64,000 nucleotides of DNA, taken from assembly GCA_047495785.1 (NCBI GenBank), contig JBLDXI010000013.1, positions 1,550,001-1,614,000 on the forward strand, read 5' to 3'. Each line of letters begins with the position of its first letter. The stretch's first letter is position 1. Below the pieces are notes generated by a model. That model searched no databases and was not told where the DNA came from. It worked only from the letters and a program-made list of their open reading frames with translations. The stretch comes from Lepidodermella squamata (Eukaryota > Animalia > Gastrotricha). Shown piece by piece: positions 37,803-47,301 of the stretch. Made by a program: the position numbers and the translations under genes.

Positions 37803-39279
37803 GATAATTTTTGTCAATAGAATTGTATTTATTTCATGGACAGTTCTTTGATCCTCTATCGGCTTGATGCAGCATATTGGTAAGCAAACCAGGCGCTTGA
37901 TCCGCATATAATTTTAACATTTTCTTTGTAATTTGCAGCGTTAGCAAGGATGAAATAGCTGAAAATAATCGGTTCAGGTTGCTGATGCTCTGTGTTTGGC
38001 GAGCGGTTACTGAAAATTGATCACCTTATTACCAACCGGCAGAAACAACTGTATTCTATCTATCATGTAGCAGGTGAGTAAAACACTTCAATATTTTATT
38101 ATGCAATGGCCGAATCATGCATTTTTACGTGGCAAAAAACACAAGTAAACATTTATTTCGTCGAAAATACAGCAATAAGACAGCAAAGTTTCTAGTCTTC
38201 CGGTATAATGATAATGAGAATAAGAATAATAAGAATGATAATCGTATTGAGCTATGGCCAGTGATCTCGAATAGCCAAGCTCTGGTGGGCGTGTCAAAAA
38301 TCCCGACATAACAGAAATTATAAAACAGAATTCGGCCCCCGAGACGCTGGCTCCTCTCGTTCAGTGTTCTAGGTCGAAATTATCGGCGCTATGGGTCTCA
38401 CTATCGTCGGAGTCGAAGTTATCGGCGCTATAGCCAGCTCGCTGGCAGTATTGACGGAAACAGTTTGCAGCGCATGCGAGGCAACTGACGGTAGTGAATA
38501 CGACCCCGTATTGCTGGATAGAACCCTGTTCGTCTCACTCATTGGTATTTTCAGTCAGAGTCGAAAAACATAAAATTCATTAAGAAGGTTACGACTTGAG
38601 GCTAAGTGTTTATCAGACTTTAAGATACAACGCGCGTTGTGTAATCATCGAATTGGGAGTTATCACTCAGACGAAGAGGCGTTGCGGAAATTCTTGAGCC
38701 AGTTGCGGACGATTTCGTCCAGTTAGATATGATAGGAAACTGCCGAGTTGTTTTGACGAGGTTTGGTTTTTATAAGTCAACGTAGAGAGGCAGGCCGCAA
38801 TCGAGAAACTTCTCCGAGCCGACAAAGGATCGAAAAGTAGTCATTTATTTCGGACGTACTTTTTTTTGAATGTGAAACGCTGATGAATGGATTTATAAAA
38901 GTCTTCCTTGGATTTTATCAGTTTATCGGCCTTCAGGCAATTGTACATTTTTTCGAAGGCTTCCCCCATCAACAACTCCTGGCGTAGCTGCAGAGATTTG
39001 AGGTGAGTGGACACCTTGGTCACCCTTGACTTGGAAGAAAGTTAGCAGGGCTTCGTTACATGATTTTCCAGACGGATGTAGCAGCCTTAACCTTCAGCTC
39101 CACAGTTCGTGTACATCTCAAATTTTGCTGGATCGTTGGAGCCGACCCCGCCAAGGTGCAAATTAAACAAGTTCGGTAGCTTGGCCCAGAATTAGTGATT
39201 GCAACTATTTCTTCGAGCCAATGAGTTTTTGCTGCTATTGGGGTTCTTGCAAATTATGAGCCGCAGTTTTCCTCCGAGG

Positions 39280-39918
39280 TGAGTCATGAAGTGGCTGTTG
39301 GTGCAGGTCTATCAAACACAATTAGGACACTGCATCCAGTGTTTTGCATCTTTATCTTCGAAATCCTTCAAACACTATCGACACACTTTTCGGTCGACCG
39401 ATTATGGAATCAGAGGTTTTTCATTAGGCACCAAGTCGTCTGCTGTCTGATGAAAATAGCAAGAAAACAAAAGTTCGCAGCGGGCGACTTTGTCCCTTTC
39501 TTTCTTTCTGTCGCTTTCTTTCGTCGGATTATACTCTTTTGAAGAGACCTTGCAGTTGCTTGATAGTTCGACCTACAGTCGAATCGAGATTTTGCACGTT
39601 GAAATTGGCAGTTATCTCTTCCCATCTGAGCCTTTCTTCTCCTGTCGCGAGCCCCGTTGAGATCCTGGCGCCGGTCCATCACTAGATTGTAGACACGATG
39701 AAATCGGCAGTGATCTCTTCCCATATCTAATCCTTTCTTCTCCTGTCGCGAGCCCCGTTGAGATCCTGGCACCGGTCCATCACTAGATTGTAGATTATCT
39801 CCTTGTCCTCCGCGCTGAAGTTAGGCATCCATGCGTCCTCGGAAAAATCCGCGAAGTCGTCCTCTTCATCCAGTTCGATAAAATCGTCAAAGAAATCGTC
39901 TTCCCGAATCACAGACAT
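39280..39918 (-). pseudogene. disrupted Myb/SANT-like DNA-binding ORF (Harbinger-ORF2-like) with a PHD-like remnant
   Basis: PNFSAEDKEIIYNLVM...WEEITANFN...RTIKQLQGLFKRV fits the Myb/SANT-like pattern. Downstream CR*CLKDFEDKDAKHWMQCPNC is PHD-like. Stops, frameshifts and an internal duplication. Confidence 0.55.
39595..39794. repeat. tandem duplication, 2 x ~100 bp
   Basis: 39595-39693 and 39694-39794 are near-identical (CACG.TGAAAT.GGCAG...CCATCACTAGATTGTAGA). Confidence 0.9.
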
Positions 39919-40261
39919 GAATCGTAGCGATGATCGATAAAATACTCGCAAGTAATGAAAATCGACGTGAAATTGTGATAATGTTTAGCGAGAATTGAAC
40001 TTTGAAACTGAAATTGCTGAATGGCTTCGAATTATTTCAGTGTTTCCGAAAAAAAATTTGAAAAAAATATTTTCTCTTCTTTTAGGCTGTGTTTTTTCAT
40101 GGAACATGATCGCGAGATACCGTAAATTGGGGCAAAATGGCCGCGGGAAAAAAATGACCCCCTGTTTTTTTCGCATTTTTACACGTTTCAGGGGGTCCTG
40201 ATTCCGATTTTATAGGAAGCTCATTTTGCCCCAGGTTTGGGGCAAATTGGACAGGTGTTTT

Positions 40262-40446
40262 GGGGCTAATTGGCCACCCTTATCCTTATAATGGGTTTTT
40301 AATATTTAGTGATTGTGAGGGTCGAATGGTCGAGTGGTTGTAATGCGTCATCAGAACTTGTGTGATCTGATGAGCGAGGGTTCGATTTCTCATAGAGTCG
40401 CATTTTTTGCGTCGCTTTTAATTTTTTTAATTTTTTTGTTAATTTT
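40262..40446. repeat. left arm of a 185-bp perfect inverted repeat (partner 43441-43625)
   Basis: By eye, the base-for-base reverse complement of 43441-43625. The IR continues imperfectly inward to ~40466/40559. Confidence 0.92.
40320..40408 (+). ncRNA. tRNA-derived (Leu/Ser-like) Pol III cassette; not a canonical tRNA
   Basis: A box TGGTCGAGTGG (40327-40337), B-box-like GGTTCGATTTC (40379-40389), 8-bp stem TCATCAGA/TCTGATGA, T6 terminator (40403-40408) and TTATAA ~30 nt upstream. The acceptor stem does not pair. Confidence 0.6.
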
Positions 40447-40620
40447 CCACTTTAATTATGTTTAATTATTGCATGCCACGTATCCCAGGCAGTTTTTGTT
40501 CGGGATACGTTTAAAAATTTATTCAGCAGTAAAATTACGAAAACAACGAAGAAACCAATTTAAAATAATTAAAATGGAAAATTAACAAATGTTGTTTATG
40601 AAACGTAACGCATTTATTCG

Positions 40621-40664
40621 AATTCCAACGTTTCGGTTACACTCGATAACCATCTTCAGGGATT
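40621..40664 (-). ncRNA. minimal type I hammerhead ribozyme in the PLE 3' pLTR
   Basis: AATCC-CTGAAGA-T-GGTTA(TCGAGTG)TAACC-GAAA-CGTT-GGAATT: CUGANGA and GAAA cores, 5-bp stem II, palindromic AACGTT stem III, AATAAA just downstream. Minimal HHRs are known features of PLE pLTRs. Confidence 0.85.
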
Positions 40665-40746
40665 AGTTAGGAAATTAAATCGAAATTTGAAGTTAACATT
40701 AAAATTAAGGTTGATGTTTTTAGAACATATTGAAATTATGATCCGA

Positions 40747-43176
40747 TTAGCTTTTCATCTTCTTCTTGCACTTCTCATGGAATATCGGCTCCGTAAATAA
40801 CTTAGCTTTGATCGAGTCGTTTTGTTTGTTGAGATTAGGCTTAAGCTTACGAATGTAGAGCATTTCGAGAATAAGGCAGTCCCATTTAGTTTGTCCTTTA
40901 GCGAGCACCGTGAAATACTTATCAAGTTCGTCCTTCCCAACGCCATGCTGATCCATATGTTTGCCGACTTCCGTGTATCGATGACCTTCAACGCGTTGAT
41001 GTAAGTGTTTGGATGTCATCCCAACATAATCAGTTTCGCACTGATCACATTTAAAGTGATACACAACACGTTGCTGGTTAACGATTTGCGGCTTCGGCTC
41101 CTTGGGGCGGAAATTGTCGATGACTTTCTTGCTAAGGAATATTGGTTCGACAGACAATTCTATTTTGTTACTTAGGTCTCGAAGTTGACGCTTCACCACT
41201 TGTGACGCTTTTTCATCAATAAATGGCATAGTTATGCGAATCGGTTGATTTCCATCCTTCGATTTCGGTTGATTGAATTCGCCATTGACAGCTCGCTCAG
41301 TAAATCTAGACACGATCGAATCAAATTGTTCAGTAGGATAATTCAGGTTCTTAAAGACAGTCCGCAGTCGCTTCACTTCAATATCGAAAAGTGACCAGTC
41401 TGATGAAAGATGATATGCCCGGTGTAACATAGTCTTAATCAAGCTCCGTTTGTACCTAGGATCAACATGACTATCATAATGCAGCAACAGACCAGTGTCA
41501 GTAGGCTTCGTATAGCAGCTTGTTCGAATAGAGTTACCAGACTTAGTAAGCAACATTCCACAAAAGGGCAGTCCCTTTTCATTACTCATTTCCATAGTGA
41601 ATTTTATCGCAGGGTGGCAGTTATTCAGGGTTTCACATAGGTTTTCAGCGGCTTTCACGCTTGGCATGACTACAAAAGTATCGTCCACATATCGTTTATA
41701 GATGGAGGGCAGTTTTTCATCGTTGGCTAATTTCGATTCGATTTCAGACATGAAGACATTCGCTAATAGAGGACCAAGGGGGGAACCCATAGCTACACCA
41801 TCAATTTGCTCATAGAGTTGACCATCAAATTGGAATAGTTGGTTCTTCGCAGCTAATTGAAGTAATTCTCGAAGTCCTTCGCGTGTGAGTTGAAGTTGGT
41901 GAACTTGGTTGAACCAGTTGTCTTGAAAGGCCCTATCTACTAAAATATCAATTGTTTCATCGACTGGTACATTCGTAAATAAAGACGACACATCATATGA
42001 AACTAGAACGTCCTCAGCCTTGATTTCTAACTTGCGAACATCGCTGGCAAAATTAAGGATGTTTTGAATAGAATAATCATTAATAGCTAGGGGTTGCAGC
42101 TTTTCTTCTAGCCATTTAGCAAGCGGATAATTGTAGGCGTACTTAGCAGATAAAATCGGTCTCATTGCCAATATCGCTTTGTGGATTTTCGGCAAACCGT
42201 ACAAGTGAGGTAACCTGGATCCTTTTTGAACCACTTTCTTTGCTATATTTTTTGGTAGTATACGATTCGCTGCGTTGATAATCAAGCTTTCTTTTTTGAG
42301 AACAGGGTGGTAATGTTTCGGCTTGGGACCTCTTGTTACTGGACGTTCTAAGCTAACAGGCGCAAATTTTGTCGAGTCTTCAACGGAGGCTTCTTTTAAT
42401 AAACGAGAATAATCGTCCTTATTCATAATAACAATGCCAGAACCTTTGTCAGGTTTCGTGATTATAATGTTATCACACTTTTTGAGTTGACCAATCGCTC
42501 TTAGTATGAATTTTGGCGCTGATTTTCCGACTTTTTCGATGTAGTTCAGAGCAATTGATTTGAGACTGGCTTTCGTTAGTTGTTGCTTATTTACATCTTG
42601 TAACTTCTCTTCTATTTTCCAATACGCCTTTTCAAAACAAGCTTGAATCTCACGTGAAGATGCTTTTGCTGGGAATGAGAATCCAAGACCCCGACATAGT
42701 GCGAGTTTTTGGAAGAATGTAGGTCGAAAATTTGAAATATTAATGATGTACTTATCAATATCGGTTTTCTTAGATAAGAGCCGTGATAACTTGCTGCAGT
42801 GTGTATCCATTTGTTGTCGAAACCAAACTGTTCTGTTTTGAGACATAATAGACTGAATCCGCATGAACCGAATCGTTGAAACTTGACATTTCATAGTGTT
42901 TAACAGCTGCTGAGTTTCTGCTTGAAGAGATGTTGCTAGTTTTGATTTTGACCGAAGTTCTTCCTGAATCACTTGTTTTTCATAGTCTTCGCTGGATCTT
43001 CTCCACTTAAGTGCCTTGCTGTTTCCTGCTTTCGCGAATGTGGGGATAACTCCAAAGTTTTGACATAATTTCAGAAATTCCATTGAGGCCAAGCAATTTA
43101 TGAGTTTCTTGCTGACATGTTCCAGATCTCGAAACAATGTTAGCTGGCCATCGCGTTTGATATGCCGTATTACAAG
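40747..43176 (-). CDS. PLE polyprotein: reverse transcriptase + GIY-YIG endonuclease (N-terminus displaced by inversion)
   Basis: Motifs KPDKG, LYGLPKIHK, SYDVSSLFTNVP, GVAMGSPL, RYVDD, IKFTME, YTKPT; GIY-YIG VVYHFKCDQC..YVGMT...QRVEGH. Open frame extends to 43176 (LVIRHIKRDG...) with no ATG at its 5' end. Confidence 0.95.
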   Translation of the reverse strand, partial: LVIRHIKRDGQLTLFRDLEHVSKKLINCLASMEFLKLCQNFGVIPTFAKAGNSKALKWRRSSEDYEKQVIQEELRSKSKLATSLQAETQQLLNTMKCQVSTIRFMRIQSIMSQNRTVWFRQQMDTHCSKLSRLLSKKTDIDKYIINISNFRPTFFQKLALCRGLGFSFPAKASSREIQACFEKAYWKIEEKLQDVNKQQLTKASLKSIALNYIEKVGKSAPKFILRAIGQLKKCDNIIITKPDKGSGIVIMNKDDYSRLLKEASVEDSTKFAPVSLERPVTRGPKPKHYHPVLKKESLIINAANRILPKNIAKKVVQKGSRLPHLYGLPKIHKAILAMRPILSAKYAYNYPLAKWLEEKLQPLAINDYSIQNILNFASDVRKLEIKAEDVLVSYDVSSLFTNVPVDETIDILVDRAFQDNWFNQVHQLQLTREGLRELLQLAAKNQLFQFDGQLYEQIDGVAMGSPLGPLLANVFMSEIESKLANDEKLPSIYKRYVDDTFVVMPSVKAAENLCETLNNCHPAIKFTMEMSNEKGLPFCGMLLTKSGNSIRTSCYTKPTDTGLLLHYDSHVDPRYKRSLIKTMLHRAYHLSSDWSLFDIEVKRLRTVFKNLNYPTEQFDSIVSRFTERAVNGEFNQPKSKDGNQPIRITMPFIDEKASQVVKRQLRDLSNKIELSVEPIFLSKKVIDNFRPKEPKPQIVNQQRVVYHFKCDQCETDYVGMTSKHLHQRVEGHRYTEVGKHMDQHGVGKDELDKYFTVLAKGQTKWDCLILEMLYIRKLKPNLNKQNDSIKAKLFTEPIFHEKCKKKMKS

Positions 43177-43192
43177 TTATTACAAGTATTAC

Positions 43193-43440
43193 AAGCTAAG
43201 TTATTTACGGAGCCGATATTCCATGAGAAGTGCAAGAAGAAGATGAAAAGCTAATCGGATCATAATTTCAATATGTTCTAAAAACATCAACCTTAATTTT
43301 AATGTTAACTTCAAATTTCGATTTAATTTCCTAACTAATCCCTGAAGATGGTTATCGAGTGTAACCGAAACGTTGGAATTCGAATAAATGCGTTACGTTT
43401 CATAAACAACATTTACTCAAAGAAACTTGTAATACGGCAT
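43193..43440 (+). repeat. inverted pLTR of the PLE (ORF 3' end + 3'UTR + HHR + ORF 5' start)
   Basis: 43193-43414 is the reverse complement of 40587-40808; 43424-43441 is the reverse complement of 43161-43178. Confidence 0.93.
43337..43380 (+). ncRNA. minimal type I hammerhead ribozyme in the inverted pLTR
   Basis: Identical to the 40621-40664 motif. CTGAAGA at 43342-43348, GAAA at 43367-43370. Confidence 0.85.
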
Positions 43441-43625
43441 AAAATTAACAAAAAAATTAAAAAAATTAAAAGCGACGCAAAAAATGCGACTCTATGAGAA
43501 ATCGAACCCTCGCTCATCAGATCACACAAGTTCTGATGACGCATTACAACCACTCGACCATTCGACCCTCACAATCACTAAATATTAAAAACCCATTATA
43601 AGGATAAGGGTGGCCAATTAGCCCC
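43441..43625. repeat. right arm of the 185-bp inverted repeat
   Basis: Reverse complement of 40262-40446. Confidence 0.92.
43479..43567 (-). ncRNA. second, identical tRNA-derived Pol III cassette (convergent with the first)
   Basis: Mirror image of 40320-40408. Confidence 0.6.
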
Positions 43626-44552
43626 CATTATCGAGTTTTCCATGGGGTAATTTGGCCTCAATCACCTAGCCATACCTGTGCATCGCCTGGGGTCGCGGTT
43701 TTTTTTGCTGTCATCTACGACGAAGATGGTCGAAGGAAAAATTGTCAACTTATCATGAAACCTTGTGATTGGCTCCAGGTAATTCAATTAAAAGGGGTCA
43801 TTTTTACCTCCCTAAACTCACCGTTATACAACAACATGCTGTGACCTCATTTTGGGACATACCTGGCTAAAAATTTGCAGGTTTGTAAAGGGCTTCTTGA
43901 TAATCCTCCCCGTAAATTTTTGTAGAGTTTGATCTTGTAGTTTTAGAGCCATCGATAAAAATGTGAAAACCTCAATTTCTGGCCAATTAGCCCCAAAGGT
44001 TCATTTTGCCCCAAATGACGGTATGCCTTTCTAGACACATTTCTAGACAGCAATCTGGACCACCTGGGCGGATTTTATTCGAGAAGATCTCGCAAGTTTT
44101 CAGCCTTCCAGCCGATTCTTATTATGGCTTTAAATAACTATTTTATTTAGTCTTCGAATTTTTGCTAAATATACCCAATTGTGACCAGTCTTCGCCTTTT
44201 TGAATAAACGTGCGCTCGTAAAAGTACCGAGAATGACTTATGTAGTAAATATTACGTGGGAGTTCTGTGCGGCCTTAGTCACCTTAAATTGCCTGCTCAG
44301 TCTTTTATCGTGCTCGTAAGTATCGCGTATAGCATAACGCGCCGAGATAAGGAAAAAACTGTTTGATAAGTGTCACACACGCAATGATAGAGGTGTAAAA
44401 TTAGGTCGGTATTTATTGCGTTATTATTAATATACGACTCGGACAGCTGCCTCAGTAATACTATGAACAAAACGTAACATTTTTTATCGGAAACAATTTG
44501 CATGGTCAGCTCTCGAGTTGTATTTCCCTGCCGAATAATGCGTGTTTCGAAA

Positions 44553-47099
44553 ATGCCAGCGATCTTATGGACGATTCTTTGGAGTTTGATCTCACTATCA
44601 CACCAGCAATCCATGTCACCTAGGACTATAGCCTATAAGCTAGACCCTCCTATTTTGACTTACAACAAAACCGCAACCTTAACATTTTTACTGGGACCAT
44701 CATGCGGGGCGGATAAGGTGAAATTCGATCAAATCAACGACATAACAGACAGTTTGATCGAATGGACGTCACGCAGTGAAAATGTCATAGCTAGTGAGTC
44801 ATCCTTTACCATTCAGAAGGCGGCCTTTCCTCAATGGGGCAATTACTCGGCGAGGTGTTTGGATTTGAAAAACTTCTTCACGTACCAGCCGAGCCCGTTA
44901 GCGGTTCCGATCCCGGTAAATCCGCGGATTTTTCACGTTAATTTCAGCCGGTTGGTTGACGAGATAGTCACTACTACAACTACGACGCCGATTCCGGATG
45001 AAAACACAACAACCCCGCCGTTTATATGGCCAGACCCGGTCGATGAGGTGAATGACCCGACGATTTTCGAATTTGCAGTACCATTAGGTCAAAACGTTGA
45101 AACCTGGCTGTTGAAATTTGACGTTGGCGATGGCTATTACCCATATAGTGAAACTGCGAGGTTTAACCTGACTGGGTTGGAAAATTTGACCCTTAGCCAG
45201 CAACCGGTAGCCCCGGTTTGGCACCCCTATACTGTGCCTTATTTCGGTTTCCCGAACGGAACTACCTATCGCTACACCTTCGACTTATCGCAAGATCAAG
45301 CTGCGTCTAAACTACCGTCAATTTGCGATTTTCCTATTCACGCATTCGCCTCGATGAAGTCGAACCTGGCCGCGTCCTACCATGGTTTCAATCTAACGCT
45401 GAAGCTAAAATACCCAGCTCAACAACCGAGTCTATCAGCCCGGCTTGATGGTTCGACATGCGTGCTACGATGCGCCATCCGTTCTGCCTGTCCGTTGGTT
45501 GACAGTTTGCAGTTGAAAATTGACGAAGCCGGTATTTACCAGTTCCCATCGGTCAGCACGGAAAAAAGTACTGTTGTCGAGATCAGGATCACGCCGCAGG
45601 ATTGCGAGACTATCGTTGGGCTTTACAATAACAACACCGGCGTAGTCAAATGCATCGCGAAAAATGAAGCTGGAACTGTGACCTATGTCCTTCCTATTAG
45701 GGAGGTACCGGGAATTCGTGAGTCCTTTCAAGCATTTTTCGCTTAATTTTTATTTGAGGTTTTTTCAGAAAATCTGCAGCGAAATATTAACAAGATAGTA
45801 AAAAGTGGCGGCCTTCCGACTTGGGCGATAATTGTGATAGTTGTCGCTGCAATTCTTGTTCTGATCCTCCTCATCTCCATCATCGTCCTATGCTGTCAAA
45901 AAAGTCGAATAGCTAAACAGAAAAAGCGCCATTCCCAGGCATTGGCAGCTGCTGCGACCCAGAACGAAACTCTGAAAAATGAAAATCAGTCACTGGCGAT
46001 GATGTCGATGCCGCCGAGGGCCAATATGCTGCCGGCAACTCAACCCCAACCGCAGCCTATCTCAGCCCCGATTCACAGCACTCCGCCACGAACTGCAACT
46101 GGCTATCGCGGGCCGATCGCGACTCATGGTCAGACATATCGCCTGCCGGCTGAGGAAAGGTATCATCAATATTGGCGTCGGTAAAAGTCGCCGTAATTCT
46201 CTATAAATTAACTGAATTTCTATTTCCAGCATTTCTGATGACGAGGAGCCGTACAGCCCGATGCCGGAACCGGTCGTCCTACCTCCAGCGCCTGTTCGCG
46301 GATTCGAGAGTTCGTTTTCCTACACAGCCCCGCCGCCTCGCCAGCCTGTCTCGGTCGCCCCTGCTCCTGTGCCTATTACGGTGGTGAAGACCGGGTCTCG
46401 CGAAAATTTAAATCCGCAGCCTAGGCAACCGGCGCCTATCGTTCCTATAACGATATCCTACACAAACCGTTCCGCTGAATCCGATGAAAGCCTAGTCGCA
46501 CCCCCGAAGCAACCAGCTGTTACCAAAGCACCGGCAACTGCTGCCCGTCCTAGGGCGGGTTCGCAGGACAATCTGGCTTCGAAACCTGTTGGCAACTCTC
46601 GAGAAAATTTGGCCGCTAAACCGCCTACAGGTTCGAAAGAGAATCTGAATGCTAGAGGCTCACGCGAGAATCTTTCGGTGCTGACTGGTCCGAATCGCCT
46701 CGCCGGTTCGCGTGATAATTTGTCGGGCCGGCCGAGTGGGTCACGTGACAATTTGAATGTTCGCTTCGTTGAACCAGAACCTAGCGCCGCATCTCGCCCG
46801 CCTCCTCCGGCTTACACTGCCCCTCCTGATATCGGAGCAATTCCACCGGCTTCTGCAAATCAGCCCGCACCTGCTTCTAATCTTAATCGAGAAGACAGGT
46901 ATAGTTTTATTTTCCGAGTGATTTTTTCATTGTTATTTTTTTCAATTTCAGTTACGTCCAAGCTAATCGACGAGCAGCGGCGCGCTATCTGCCGCAACCT
47001 AGTGTATCCCCGTCAAACTCGCCGAACCTTAATCGAAGGAATCCGCCTGCAGCAGCCAAGCCGGTCTACAACCCTAATAGCTTTGGTTCGGATGTTTAG
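44553..47099 (+). CDS. type I membrane protein: signal peptide, Ig-like domain(s), TM, Pro-rich tail with GSRENL repeats, PPxY and C-terminal SDV
   Basis: Signal MPAILWTILWSLISLS; Ig-like CVLRC...GVVKCIAKNEAG; TM WAIIVIVVAAILVLILLISIIVLCC. Last exon, read manually after intron ~46899-46950, ends NPNSFGSDV* (47097-47099). Confidence 0.78.
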
Positions 47100-47301
47100 A
47101 GATTCGCTTTGAAATTATTAGCCTCGTATTTTATCGATTATTTTTGTACCAGACAATCGTTGTGGGCTTGTTAGAACGTCAATAAAAAAAGCGTGACAAA
47201 ATACGTTTTTATTTTTCTGAAAAAAACATAGTCCGCCAGGCAATAATGGGTCGCGAAAGAACAACAGGGCGTTTGATTGACAAATAATTTCTAGCCGGGA
47301 A

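Larger units (their letters stand above)
40587..43440 (-). mobile_element. Penelope-like retroelement (Penelope/Poseidon type) with inverted 5' pLTR
   Basis: RT+GIY-YIG ORF. 3' pLTR 40587-40808 has an identical inverted copy at 43193-43414. TSD AAAATTAAC at 40578-40586 and 43441-43449. Confidence 0.95.
40120..44021. mobile_element. non-autonomous TA-flanked TIR DNA element (Tc1/mariner-pogo-like), ~1.05 kb excluding the nested PLE
   Basis: TA|CCGTAAATTGGGGCAAAATG ... CATTTTGCCCCAAATGACGG|TA. Repeated subterminal GGGGCAAA/GGGGCTAATTGGCC motifs at both ends. Confidence 0.75.

Noticed and set aside
40345-40380. CTGATGAG in the tRNA-like cassette as a hammerhead core
   Set aside because: There is no downstream stem II + GAAA, and the motif is paired in the TCATCAGA/TCTGATGA hairpin.
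40320-40400. Functional tRNA gene
   Set aside because: No acceptor stem, poor T stem, and a 10-nt loop instead of a 7-nt anticodon loop.
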